This document shows positions 9,118-21,560 of a stretch of DNA of 64,000 bases, in pieces; the stretch's first letter is position 1; each line of letters begins with the position of its first letter. This DNA is from Mobula birostris (taxonomy: Eukaryota). The stretch spans positions 43,552,459-43,616,458 of the forward strand of contig NC_092395.1 in NCBI RefSeq assembly GCF_030028105.1. Reading direction: 5' to 3'. The notes under the pieces are model-generated. The model worked only from the letters and a program-made list of their open reading frames with translations, was not told the origin of the DNA and searched no databases. A program made the translations under genes and the position numbers.

Positions 9118-11577
9118 TTAGCTTCGCTGGTTGTGCGTCAGGTTTTCCATTCTTGGAACCGGGTGGAAGGACAGAGTCAAATTGGATCTTGAGAAAAACA
9201 GGGACCAACGAGCTTGACGAGAATTGAGACGCTGAGCAGTACGGATATATTTCACATTTTGGTGATCAGTCCAGACTAAGAATGGCACCTTTGCTCCCTC
9301 CTGCCAACGTCTCCATTCCTCCAGAGCTAGCGTCACAGCCAGCAGCTCTGGGTTTCCGACATCGTAATTCCGCACTGTGGGAGTGAGGCGGTGAGAGAAG
9401 ACGGCACAGGGATGTACCTTCTCATCCCTTGGCCGAGCGCTGAGATACAACAGCTCTTACGGCGATGTCAGACGCATCCACCTCCACAATGTACTGCCGG
9501 TCGGTGTCGGGTTGAATCAGGATTGGGACAGAGACGAAACGTTCCTTCAGGTCAGAGAATGCTTTTTCAGTAGTAGGGAACCAGGAGAATCCGACAGCCG
9601 TTGAGGTAAGAGCAGTGAGTGGTGCTGCCAGTGTACTGTAATTTCTAATGAAGTGGCGATAGAAGTTATCAAAGCCCAAGAAACATTGCCTCTCCTGACG
9701 GGTTGAAGGTTGGGACCACTCGACCACCGCCTTGACCTTCTGTTGGTCCATCTGAATGGAACTGCCTGAAATTACATACCCCAGGAAGGAGACAGTATTG
9801 CGATGAAACTCACATTTTTCAGATTTCACAAAGAGCTGGTTCTTCAGAAGGCGCTGGAGAACTCCATGGACGTAAACTTTGTGTTCAGCAAGGGACTTAT
9901 AAAAAATCGAAATGTCGTCGAGATACACAAAAACAAATTGTTTCAGCCTGTCCCTGAGAACGCCATTTACCAGGGCTTGGAAGTCGGCGGGGGCATTCAT
10001 GAGACCGAATAGCATGACTAGATACTCGGAATGGCCTGAGGCGGTGTTGAAGGCCATCTTCCACTCGTCCCCTTCGCGGATATGGACCATATGGTTGGCG
10101 TTACAGAGATCAAACTTGGTGAAAACTGAGACTCCTTGCAGTAGTTCAAATGCCGAAGTCAAGAGCGGAAAGGGGCAATAGTTTTTAACAGTGACTTCAT
10201 TCAGTCTCCGGTAATCAATGCATGGATGTAAGGGGCCGGAAATGTAGATGGGGGAAAATGGCAGGGCAATGTAGACTGACGAGGAGCTTGTAACTCACCC
10301 TGTGTCCCCAGGGACCCTCTGGAACCCCTCCTTCTGTGGTGTTGCTGAACGCAAACATCAATACGGATGGCCAAATTCACCAGGACTTCAAAGGTGGCAG
10401 GAAGGTCCTGGGTGACCAGCTCATCTTTGACGTCATCGGAGAACCCATTCGGAAAGGTGTCATAATGTGCCTCCGGGTTCCAGCCGCTGGAATTGGCTAG
10501 GGTCCGGAACTCTCTGGCGTAATCTGACACAGATCTGCGCTCCTGGAGCATGAGCAGGATTTCACGGGGCATCCTCTCTCTCATGTTTGGAGTGATCAAA
10601 TACTTTTCTCATCTCCTCAGAAAATAACTGAAAACTGATGCAGAAAGATGACCGTGCCTCCCAGACGGCTGTTCCCCATTCTCTCGCCCAACCAGACAGA
10701 TGAGTGATGATGGAGGCCACCTTGGCTCGATCAGTCGGAAAGGTTGTTGGTTGTAATTCAAAACTGAGGGTGCACTGGGAAAGAAAGGAGCGGCAGGACC
10801 GGGCTCTCCTGAGTCCTTTTCTGGAGGAGGCAGACGGGGCTCTTGGGCGGGAGGAGTAAGCGAGAACGCGGAGGGCAGGGCGGAAGATGCAGTCGCAGAA
10901 AGTTGATGGAGTGACTGAGTCTGGGCCACAAGATCGGCTACATTGGCAGAAAGCGACTCCACTGACCTGAACATCGAGTCCAGCTGGTTCTGTTCTCTCC
11001 CCGGCATCACCCCCTGTTGTACCGGGACAGCTCTCAGACGACCGGGGTCCGTTGGATCCGTCCTTAGCCAGATTGTATAGTCAGGGCGCTGAAGCAGAGG
11101 TCCAATCGCAGACCAAGTACTGTGCGCACTGTGTTACCTACTGAGTAGCAAATCCAGAGGGGCAACAAAGACTGCGTCAAGGCTCAGGCAGAGATCAAAA
11201 ATTCCAGAGAAATTCAAAAACCAGAATCGTGAAACAGGCAGAGTCGATATTCGGATGGACAGAGTTCAGATACGAATACTGGGAAGGCTCAGGAAAACTC
11301 ACTCGCACAATCTGGCAACAAACAGATGAAAATACAGAACTAAAATACACTGAGCAATAAACAGAGAGGCAGGTGGCAGATGGAGCACAATGAGACAGAA
11401 TTGGCTGCGAAAAAAAGAGGTAATAATGAGAAACAGGCGAGAGGCGGCGCACTCGTAATACAGGGGCCGGAGTAGAGCAGGAGCGGGTCAGGAACACATG
11501 GGGAATGAAAACAAACAAGAGCACATGGCAATACAAAACTATAACTGACGGCAAGGGGGAAAACACACAAAAAGACA
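9118..11577 (-). mobile_element. Tf1/sushi-type Gypsy element, family E: LTR, gag, RT, RNase H; protease region deleted and 3' end lost
   Basis: LTR about 11079-11577 (outer end approximate); gag 10201-11060 (QEPRLPPPEK, QERRSVSDYAREFRTLA..SGWN); RT 9422-10162 ([21 protein letters not shown]); RNase H VWTDHQN. Confidence 0.88.
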
Positions 11578-11999
11578 AAGTTCAGCTGGAGGTAATGGCT
11601 GGAAGAAACACAGTTGGAGAACTTAACTTGTATATTAAACTTGCAGAGAGATCAACAAATCAAAGCGTATGCATAATTTATCAGTCAATAGTAAGTTGTA
11701 AAGGGAGTCATTGCGCTGAATGAAATAGACTCATTACATTAGAGATGCAATCTGTAAGGACTCTGTATGTCCGCCAAGTGGCGTTCAAGGTTCGAGCTAC
11801 ATTTATTATCAAAACATGTATGCAGAATAGAACGCAAAGATTTGTCTTCGCCAGGCAGCCGTGAAACGAAGAAGACATTGGGACCGTTTGAAGAAAAACA
11901 TCAATGCCCCTCCCCGCCATTTACAAAAAATGAACAAATCATACTAACGGCAACAAGAGAACATCAACCCCCCCTCCCCCGCACAAAATCAAATCTTGC

Positions 12000-12570
12000 G
12001 AACGGCTTACTTCTCGGGAATGGATAAGGCCAGGGAAAGACACATACCAGATAGTAAGTTAAGGATGCAACTAGTCCCCATGTGGGGAATCCTAGTTGCT
12101 CTCTTCTTGTTAAACACCTGCAACAAGTCCGAATACTCTGAAGGCACTCCAGACGGCTCTGCTGAGTTCACATCCAGTATTGAGGTGTCAGAGAGCAACT
12201 CGACTGACTACTTGACATGGTTCACAGCAGGTCGCTCGTGAACTCGGACAGGCATCTTAGAAACTCGGGCAGGCGTTCCAGAATCTTGGGAAGGCGTCTG
12301 GGTACCTCCAGGAACGGACTTACCCCAGCTTAAGCTCGACCAACACTGAATTGTGCCAGAAAACCAGTAACACCAACAATTATGAAGGTGTAACCACAGA
12401 TAACCAAGGATTAGGGGAATGTCTGGAGAATAAATAAGATGGGAATTACTCGTCTTTTCGTGAATTCCAATAGTAAACTTGAGAGCGATGGAAGATAAAA
12501 AGATGTGTCCAGTTCCCAATGAGCAACCATCCATGGCCGTAGTAAAGATCGGCTGGTCGAGCGTATTTCA
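12000..12570 (-). pseudogene. Sushi-type protease-to-RT linker fragment
   Basis: SPDIPLILGYLWL, then SGVPSEYSDLLQVFNKKRATRIPH; homologous to 49850-50130. Confidence 0.75.
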
Positions 12571-12574
12571 GGAA

Positions 12575-12999
12575 CTTGGATTTTCTCTGCCAGTCAAGAG
12601 AGAGAATTTGTTGAATGCCTACGAGAATGCCTTTTTGGAGGAGTTGTGCTTGAGCCTACTTGGGGAAAGGCTATTTTAGATGGGGTGTTCTGCAATAATC
12701 CAGATTTAGCAGGAAGCCTAAGTAAAGGGACCCCTGAGGAGACAGTGATCATAACTTGATTGAATTCATACTGCAATATGAGAGGGAGAAGCTTAAGTCA
12801 AAAGCATGACTATCACAATGGAATAAAGAGAATAACGGAGGCATGAGAAAAGAGATTGCCCAGGTGTATTGGAGAAGGGTACTGGAGTGGATGACAGCAG
12901 AGCAGAGGTGACTGTAGTTCCTGGGAATAGTTTACAAGGCGTAGGATAGATATGTCTCACAGAAGAAGTTCTCAAATGTCAGAACCATGGCTGAAAAGG
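12575..12999 (+). mobile_element. CR1 endonuclease-region fragments
   Basis: Decayed CR1 ORF2 motifs (cccctgaggagacagtgatcataac, ..NKENNGGMRKEIAQV..). Confidence 0.6.
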
Positions 13000-14830
13000 T
13001 GTCACAACCACGGATTCGGCACCGCAGTAGATACGGCAATTGTGCTGGTGAATTTGCACCTGTCAGCTAATTATTATTTAATCATGATGGTACTTAACTC
13101 CATACATGTCGCCGTAGTTCTTGTCAAGACTTGGACAGAGCACAGCAATACGTCGCTGCCTGTTTGCCTTCGGCCTTCCCAGAGAAATTGCACTTTCGAG
13201 TCAAATGACTCGGAAGACCAGCGGTATCCCTTTTAAATTTTAGATATTCTTTTCAGCCGCAGTGCAGGCTGCGTTCTCCATTTGAGAGTTTTAGTTAACG
13301 GCCCTGTTTGGTCGAGCATTTATTGTTTTATTTTCCCTTTAACACTCCGCATTAAAGTCTGTAAACTGCAGACCTGCTTCAGTCTCTCTCGCTCCGCGCT
13401 TAGGCCACATTCGAAGCTGGTAACAGCGAGTCTCGAAAACACAAAGATGGACCCAGCAGAGAGAGAGCAGCTGACCTTTGTCGTGAGATTCATTGGTCAG
13501 GTAGGAGACAAGCTACAAGCAATGGAATCTGTTCTCAGTGAAGTTACGGAGGTAATGAGGTTGATAACCTTGTGCCGACAAGCCCAGTCTCACTTAAATA
13601 CAGGCCCAGATGGGTTTCCTCCCAACCGGCTGTTTATCCCCGGTGCGGTGCGTTCCAAAGTGTTAGAATGGGGTCACTCCTTCCATATCTGGCTTGACTT
13701 GCGGGAATTTAACGGACTCAGGAGTTTATCAAGAGGTAATTTTGGTGGCCATCTATGTACCAGGATGTCCACGACTTTGTACCTGCCTGTCCCATCTGCG
13801 CTCGGAACTAATTATCACGCCAGCGTCCAGCAGGTCTGTTATGTCCATTGCCTGTGCCCCACCGCCTCTGGTCACACCTCTCTGTAGATTTCATCACTGG
13901 TCTGTCCCCGTCTAATGGAAACACCGCCATTAAGGTCGTTGTGGATCGATTTTCCAAGGCTGCCCACTTCATTGCCCTCCCCAAGCTCCCATCGGCTCGT
14001 GAGACTGCCACACTCCTGGTTCAACACGTGTTCAAGATCCATGGCTTCCCTCAAGACATAGTGTCTGATCGTGGACCACGGTTCACTTCCCGCTTTTGGA
14101 GGCTTTCTGGTCTCTTTCAGCAGCCACGGCCAGCCTCTCGTCTGGCCTCCACCCCCAATCTAATTGCCAGACTGAGAGAGTGAACCAGCAGTTAGAGACA
14201 ACCCTGCACAGTCTTGCCTCTTCCAACTCCACGTCCTGGAGCTTCCAATTGGTTTGAGCGGAGATCACCCACAATAACCTCCAGTCATCCTCCATCGGTA
14301 TGTTTTCCTTTGAATGCCATGAGGGATTCCAGACCCCGCTCTTCCCTGATCAGAAGATCGACTAAGGAGCTCCTGCTGCTGAACAGCTGATTCAGCGCTA
14401 CCAGCGGACCTGGAGACGATCCAGGGCTTCTCTGCTGCGCGGCCAGGAACAACATTCCCGGCAGGCTGATCGCCTCCGTCGGCAGGTAAGGCCATTCACG
14501 CCTGGAGAGGAGGTCTGGCTGGCATCAACAGATCTTCCCCTGGAAGACGAGAACCGGAAATTGGCACAACGCTACGTGGGACCGTTTGTGGTGGAAAAGG
14601 CTGTCAGCAAGGTGTCCTATAGATGTATCTGCCACCATCACTGAAGATCCACCCAGTATTCCATGTTTCCCAGCTCAAGCGGGTAACTACCTCCCCCCGA
14701 CCCCAGTCACTCCACCTCCTTCCCGCCTGGTAGATGGTTCCCTTGTCTAAACTGTGTGGCACCTCCTAGCATCTCGCCGGGTATGTGGTAAGGTCCAGTA
14801 ACTAGTGGACTGGGAAGGGTTTTTTCCTGG
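13000..14830 (+). mobile_element. Sushi-type chromovirus, family A, internally deleted copy (LTR, gag start, integrase, chromodomain start)
   Basis: LTR 13000-13425 (TGTCA...TAACA) homologous to 47931-48355; jumps from the gag start to integrase ([39 protein letters not shown]); cut at LVDWEG. Confidence 0.9.
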
Positions 14831-17236
14831 TGAAAAATACAGTTTGAGTTTTTTCTACTGAAAATCTACATCCTCAAACATAACCCCACTCCACCACTTC
14901 ATCAATTGTTCTTTGTTGTTTCCTGATTATATGCTCCATGTTCCTGCCTCTTTTCCACAAGGCCCCATTATCTGCAAACAGTGACCTACCTATATCTATA
15001 TCCACTCGTATCTTTGTGAATACATCATTGATCATAATGATGAAAAGTAACGAGCTAATCACATTACCTTGAGGTGTGCCATTTCCCACTATGCACTATT
15101 TTGATAATTCTGATCCAATCCAAACTAGAATTTTTCCACCAATCAAAAAATCTTTCATCCAATTAAAAACTATCCCACCAACATTCATCTTGTGCAGTTT
15201 AATTAACAATCCTACCTTCCACATCATATCATAGGCTTTTTCAATGTCAAAAAAACACTGTAACTACAGACTCTTATTTTGCCTGGGTCTTTCTTATTTC
15301 AGTTTCTAACCTTATCGCTGAGTCCAGGAATTCCTTCCCTTCCTAAAACCACTCTTATAACTTGCCAGCATTGCCCTCTTCTCAAGCTCATACTATAACT
15401 TTTCTGTTATCATTCTTTCCATTATCTTACATATATTTGATGTTAGTGCTATTGGTCTGTAGCTAGTGGGTTTTGACGGATCATTGCCTAGTTTCCTTAT
15501 TGGAATTACTACCACTTCTTTCCATGCACTTGGTAATCTTTCCTCCTCCCACACTCTGTTATAAAAATGCAGCAACTTCAAGAACGCCCCTTCTCCTAGA
15601 CTTTTTCATATAACATAGCATATCAGATCTTTCCCTGGCGAGGTTGGTCTCGATCTCTTTATTGCTCTCACCATTTCTGCCAACGTAAATGGATCATCAA
15701 TTACATCATCTGTTCCTTCCCTCCTGTTTAACACACCTGGGTGTTGACTCATTGTTCTTTCCCTTCTCTTTCTCCCTTCTTCAGACAAATTTTCTGAACT
15801 GTGTATTTGTAGAAACAACTTGGCCATGATCTCCACCTTATCCCTACTGGAGACTGCTTTTTCCTCCTCAGATATCATTACTGGATATTCCCATTCCCTT
15901 CTATCTCTGCCCCCCCCCATCCTCTTAATCATTCTCCATACCTCTCCCACAGGTGTTGTTCTTCCTATTTTGTTTCAAAAACTCCTCCAGCTTGCCCTTT
16001 GAGCTTGACATATAGTTCTCACCACTGCCTGTGCCTTCTTACATTGAATCAAATCCTGCATTTTATGGGTTCTTTTAACTAGCTTGAAAGCTCTATTTCT
16101 GTTTTTTATAGCCTGACAACATTCCCCTGCACACCATGGTACCAGTTTTCTATTCATCCTATATTTACTCCTGGGTATAGCTCCTTCTGCTGCCATAATA
16201 ATTGTGGGAGTCACCTGACTGTTTAAGTCATCTATATTTCCAAAAATGTCAATCTTTGTCAATGCTTCTTCACTCAACTTCTGGGACTTACCCCAATCTG
16301 CTTTTCCAAACACCCACTTTGGGATTCCACCACCTGGTCTTACTTCAACTCTTTCACCCACTGAACACAAAACAGGGTAGTGTTCACTTCCTACTGTTGA
16401 AGCAGTCCAAACTCCCTAGTTACTAATGCCAGCCAAGGTATTACAAACTAATATAATATCTAACACTGACTCAGTTCCTGTTGTTATATTTATTCTTGTT
16501 CCTCTACTACTATCATTCATACATACCAAATCCCTTTCTTCCATCAAATCTTCAATTACCTTTCCATTTAAATCTGTAATCGTATCCCCCATATTGTGCT
16601 TGAACATTGAAATCTGCACACCACACTGCTTTATGTCTGTGTTGTCCTTGTATCCTTAATAGGTTGTCCAAATCCAACCTTTTACATGGATTGTAGTAGT
16701 TAATTATAACCACTGCCTCCTCTCTCTCCCACACTTCCACTACTATGTATTGTTGATCATCTCCTTTTTCCAGTACCCTATATGGTATACCTTGCTTGAC
16801 TAACATAGCACAACCCCCTTCTTCCCCTAGATTTCTATCTTTCCTTATCATTGTATACCCATAATACCACAAAGTCTAAAGTTGGTTTCACCTAAGTTTC
16901 CTGAATACACACTACATCCGGTTTTACAACCATTTCTTTCAAAAGTGTTTGAATTTCTGGCTATTGGCCAGTAAGCTCCTTCCATTCCATTGCAAAATTA
17001 GTATTAACAACCCATGACACTTCCTGGCTTGACTGATTAGTGAAGTTCTCCCTCACTTCTTCCCAAGTTGGTTCTACTGACCCCAAATGGTTCACTGCTG
17101 TGTTGACCACCAGCTGAACTTTGTCCCTTCTTGACTTTACCTCAGCTGTATTATTAATCACTCCAGCAATGAATGTTACCAGAGCCTTTTTGTCTACATA
17201 AACCCTGTCATTTGTTCTTTGTTGCACCTCTTGCAT
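14830..17236 (-). mobile_element. I-clade (Nimb-like) LINE fragment: ORF1 end, APE endonuclease, RT, decayed
   Basis: ORF1 tail ALVTFIAGVINNT; EN motifs IRKDR..GGCAMLV, INYYNP, ADFN; RT motifs SYRPIALTS..CKIMER, GTPQG.VIS.LLF, LFAD. Confidence 0.8.
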
Positions 17237-17765
17237 CCCTATTGCTCCCTGTGATGGAAGGGCAATATCCAGATTTCAGGATAAGTCCAGTGGTGTTCCA
17301 CAGGGATCAGTGCTTGCACCTCTGTTGTTTGCAATGTACAGTAAATGACTTGGATGAAAATACAAAGTGGCTGATTAGTAGGCTTGCAGATGGCAAAAGG
17401 AATACAAAAAGTGTTTGCAGTGCACTAGATGTGATCTCAGCAGAGCTTCTTTGAACAGAAAGACAGAATGCTGAATTGAGATAAGCTACTTGGTCCTGAA
17501 ACATCAACTACCTGGATTGGATGGACTACATCCCAGGGTTCTGAAAAGGTTGATGTTAAGATTGTGTTGGAATTTCTAGTCATCTTTGAAGATTCATTAG
17601 ATTCTGCAATGGCTTTGGTGGACTGAAAATTACAAATGCCAGTCCACCCCCTAAGAAGAGAGTGGTGAAAAGAAAGGAAATTATATTATATTTTAGTGGT
17701 TGGCAAGATATTAGAGTCCATCCTTAAGGATGAGCTTTTCGGTACTTGGAGACACTTGGTCTAGT
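17236..17765 (+). mobile_element. Rearranged CR1 fragments (start of duplication unit 1)
   Basis: The same idiosyncratic junction of two CR1 pieces recurs at about 45955-46480. Confidence 0.7.
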
Positions 17766-17827
17766 GTACGTGACCCCTGCCATAACAGTAATACAATTTG
17801 TTTGGCCAGGCTGGTTTCTCACTCTTT

Positions 17828-17960
17828 TAGGAGTTTAACTGGTCATTGTAAATTGTCCCATGATAACGTAAGGCATAAATCAGGGGTTGCTGGGCTACGT
17901 GGGTCAAGGAGCTGGAGGGGCCTTTTCCACTCTGTATCTCTAAATAAATACAAATAAATA
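17828..17960 (+). mobile_element. SINE 3' part (elasmobranch HE1/V-SINE-like)
   Basis: taactggtcattgtaaattgtccc...ggttgctggg...ctgtatctctaaataaata; second copy at 36171-36310. Confidence 0.6.
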
Positions 17961-17995
17961 AACTAAGTAGACAGGTTTGTGTGTGTGTGCATGTG

Positions 17996-20440
17996 CGTGA
18001 TGAACCCTTCGGACCAGCGAGGGTCGTCGGGTAGCGGCAGGTCTCGACGCATGTGAATGTCATTTATCTGAGTTTATTGGAGCTATTTTAATGACTAATT
18101 TTATTGATGAGCTGATTGTCATTTTCAGGATGGTTGTCATGTGAAATTGGTCACCTGTGCTTCTTGTTCTTTGACAATCAGTTTTTGATTTTGACCGCAT
18201 AGGTTTCTGCGTTTTATGTTCCATTTAAGATTATTCTGGACCAGCGTTCATCGATCAGTCCTGGATTTTCATTCTGTGAGCTCTATTCCTGAGTAAGTAA
18301 GCTCTTATTATTCTTTATATTATTCTCCAAATAAATCTTCATCATTAATTTCTTCTATCTGCTGAGTCCTGAGTTTACACTGTACCTTCTTCCACTCGTC
18401 TGAATTTTATGACAGCAGGACACAACGGGGATTGACGGCATGAACAGCATCTCCATGAAATATATGTGTCATTGCAGAAGGTCTCTGGTTTCACACACTC
18501 ACCTGTGTGTCCTGCAATGTGTTCCCAGAACTACCATGGAGAGTCAATTAATCTGCTGCCCTGGAGCGATACAAGGGGGACGCTGAAACTTGCCATGAGT
18601 TCTTAAATCAGTGCTCCCTAGCCTTTCCGTTAAAATTTTTGGGGTTCTCTTTGGATACGTGTAAAGAGGCCTATATAATTTCCTTCCACTTGGGCAGAGC
18701 CCTTTCATGGGCAATGGCTTTATGGGAGAAGGATGCTGCTGTATATTCTGATATAAAGCTATTTCTAAGAATGATGAGGAGAATATTCTGTCATCCTGCT
18801 GGGGCCCCAGAGGGAGCCAGCAGACTCCTACAGCTACATCAGGGAGTGTTGTCCATGGCTGACCATTCCATTGATTTCTGTACCTTCATGGCAGAGAGCA
18901 GGTGGGACAATGCTTATACAGGGATTAAATTACCATTTTAAAGATGCTTTTGCCTCCAGGGACCAGGCAGAGTATTTGAACGAATTTATGGACATGACCA
19001 TAAGAATTGCCTATCATATATCTGAAAGAAGGCTGGAGAGATGTGGTGAGTTCTCCCGGATCGTTGGTTCTCAGAAATACTCAATGCCTACTCCGGTTCC
19101 TCAACCCGATAGCCAAAGCAGTTCCTTGCAGTCATCTCTCGAAAATCCTATGTAACCTGGAAGAACCCGGGTCTCCACAGCAGAGGGAGGGACATATGTA
19201 GCACAGGTGTTGCTGGTACTGTGGTAAAGCTGGCCACTTCCAAGTCACCTGCCCAAGGTTGTTGGGAAAACTCCAAGGACTGTCAAGTGAGTGGGAAACA
19301 TTTAAAGATAGTCTCAAGACTCTCTTCCATTTTGTCAAGTTCTGGATGGTTTTACCATACCTATTATCTTGGGGGAGACATCAACATTCTGTTAGAGCTG
19401 TGACGACAAACCAAGTTATCAGAAGATTGATGCTGATGAGAGAGATAAGAGAGACAATGGAGAAACATACAAAATGCTAATAAGAGAGAAGAGAGAGATT
19501 AAGGAGAAAGAAACACATTTCAGAACATTGACAGACCGGTTGCTTTGAACCTGAACTGTTTGAAGTTTGATGGACAGGTGATATCCCAGCAGGGGGATAA
19601 AAAGAACAGGTTCGTTAAGGCACGACACACACATGAGATCACGAGATGACGAAACTCTGGAAGAGCGGTGAGCCCCCACAAGTTGGAGCTCTGGTTCAAG
19701 GGAACCGACCATAGACTGACAGGGTGAAAAGGGACGATCGGCAGGAACCTGGTGTGTGTGTCCGCCCTTGCCTGGGTGCCAGGTTCACTGCAGAAGAGCG
19801 GTCGTATCCGGAACGAAGGGGTCACAGTCGGTGACCACAGAAGACATAAAAGGGTTCGCCAGAAAACTAACTGCGAAGAACATCAAAGGTCTGTTTGAAT
19901 CAAAATTTCCATTCTCTCTCCCTCTCCAACGGCACAATAGCGATTACTGCGAACTGTACTAAGCTGAACTGAACTCTGCGTCACTTGAGACTGATCATTT
20001 TACCTCTAGACTGCAATCGAGCTTGGTTGATTCCTATTACCCTAGTTCTGTGTACATGTGTGTTTTATTATTGCTAACCTGCTGCATTTATATCCTTATG
20101 ATTAGAGTACTGTGTTACTTATTTCTTCAATAAAAAACTTTATTAGCTTCTGTTAAACCAGACTCCAACTAAGTGCTCCATTTCTGCTGGTTTGGCAACC
20201 CAGTTACAGGGTACGTAACAGAGCCTTGGAAAAATCTGGCTCATCAGGGAATTTTTTGGACATCAGAATGGCTGAGAGAATTCAAATTCCTAAGGTTCAC
20301 CTCTGCAATTTTATCTGTGCTACGGCCCTGAATGGTAGACTTTTGGAATATGGACATATCCTTCATCTTTCTGTGCTCTCAAGTTGACTATTGGAAGTCA
20401 TGAGGATCCAGTTCATTTCCATCTTATTCATTCACTAGAC
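17996..20440 (+). mobile_element. Sushi-type element, family F: LTR (17996-18414), gag and start of pol, decayed
   Basis: Gag ERYKGDAETCHEFLNQCSL, GRALSWAMALWE, RLLQLHQG; knuckle CWYCGKAGHFQVTC (about 19210-19250); interrupted by a solo LTR at 19399. Confidence 0.8.
19399..20220 (+). mobile_element. Solo LTR of the Gmr1-like family (822 bp), 4-bp TSD GAGC
   Basis: TGTGA...TAACA; reverse-complement homolog of 3551-4366; GAGC at 19395-19398 and 20221-20224; empty site in the paralog at about 39975-39990. Confidence 0.92.
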
Positions 20441-21560
20441 AGTGCCTAATAAGACCATAAGATGTAGAAGCAGAATAAGGCCTTGGCCCATCAATTCTGC
20501 TCCACCATTTCATCATGATGAATCCATTTCCTTTCTCAGCTCCAATCTCCTGTCAGCTCTTTGTATCTTTTCATGCTTCAACTGATCAAGAATCTAATCA
20601 ACCTCTGCCTTAAATATACCCACTGATTTAGCCTCCACATTCACCTGTGGCAATAAATTCCACAGATACACCACTCTCTGGCTGAAGAAATTCCTCCTCA
20701 TCTCCATTCTAAAAGGGTGCCTCTATTTTGAGGTTGTGTCCTCTGGTCTTGTACTTCCCCCACCATAGGGAACATCTGCTCCACATCCACTCTATCAAGG
20801 CCTTTCAACTTTCAATAGCTTTCAATGAAGTCACCCCTTATTCTTCTGAATTTCCAGTGAGTTGAGGCCCAGAGCCTAAAATGCTCCTCATATGATAAGC
20901 TTTTCAATCCTGGAATCTTTCATGTGAACCTCCTTTGAACCTTCTCCAATGCCAGCACATCCTTTCTCAGATAAAGGGCCCAAAACTGCTCACAAAACTC
21001 ACCTGGGCTTTGTAAAACCTCAGCAGTGCATTTGCCTTCTTCATCACTGACTCAATTTGCAAATTGACCTTTAGGGAATCCTGTAGAAAGACTCCCAAAT
21101 CCTTTTGCACCTCAGCTTTTTTAAATTTCTCTGCATTTAGAAAATAGTCTGCCTTTTTATTTCTTCAGCCAACGTGCATGACCAGACATTTCCTGACACT
21201 GTACTCCATCTGCCACTTTGCCCATTCCCCTAATGAGTCTAAGTCCATCTGTAGGCTCTCTATTTGTTCAAAACTACCTGCCCTCCACCTACCTTCATAT
21301 TGTACACAAATCTGGTCACAAGACCATCAATTCTAGCATCCAAGTCATTGGCATAACAACGTAAAAAGAAGCGGTCCCAACACAAACCCCTGTGGAACAG
21401 CATGAGTTACAAGCAGCCAACCAGAAAAGGCTCCCTTTATTCCCCATCTTTGCTTCCTGCCAATCTGCCAATGCTCCATCCATGCTAGTATCTTTCCTGG
21501 CATACTATAGCTCTTAACTTGTTAAGCAGTCTCATGTGTGGCACCTTGTCAAAGGCCTTC

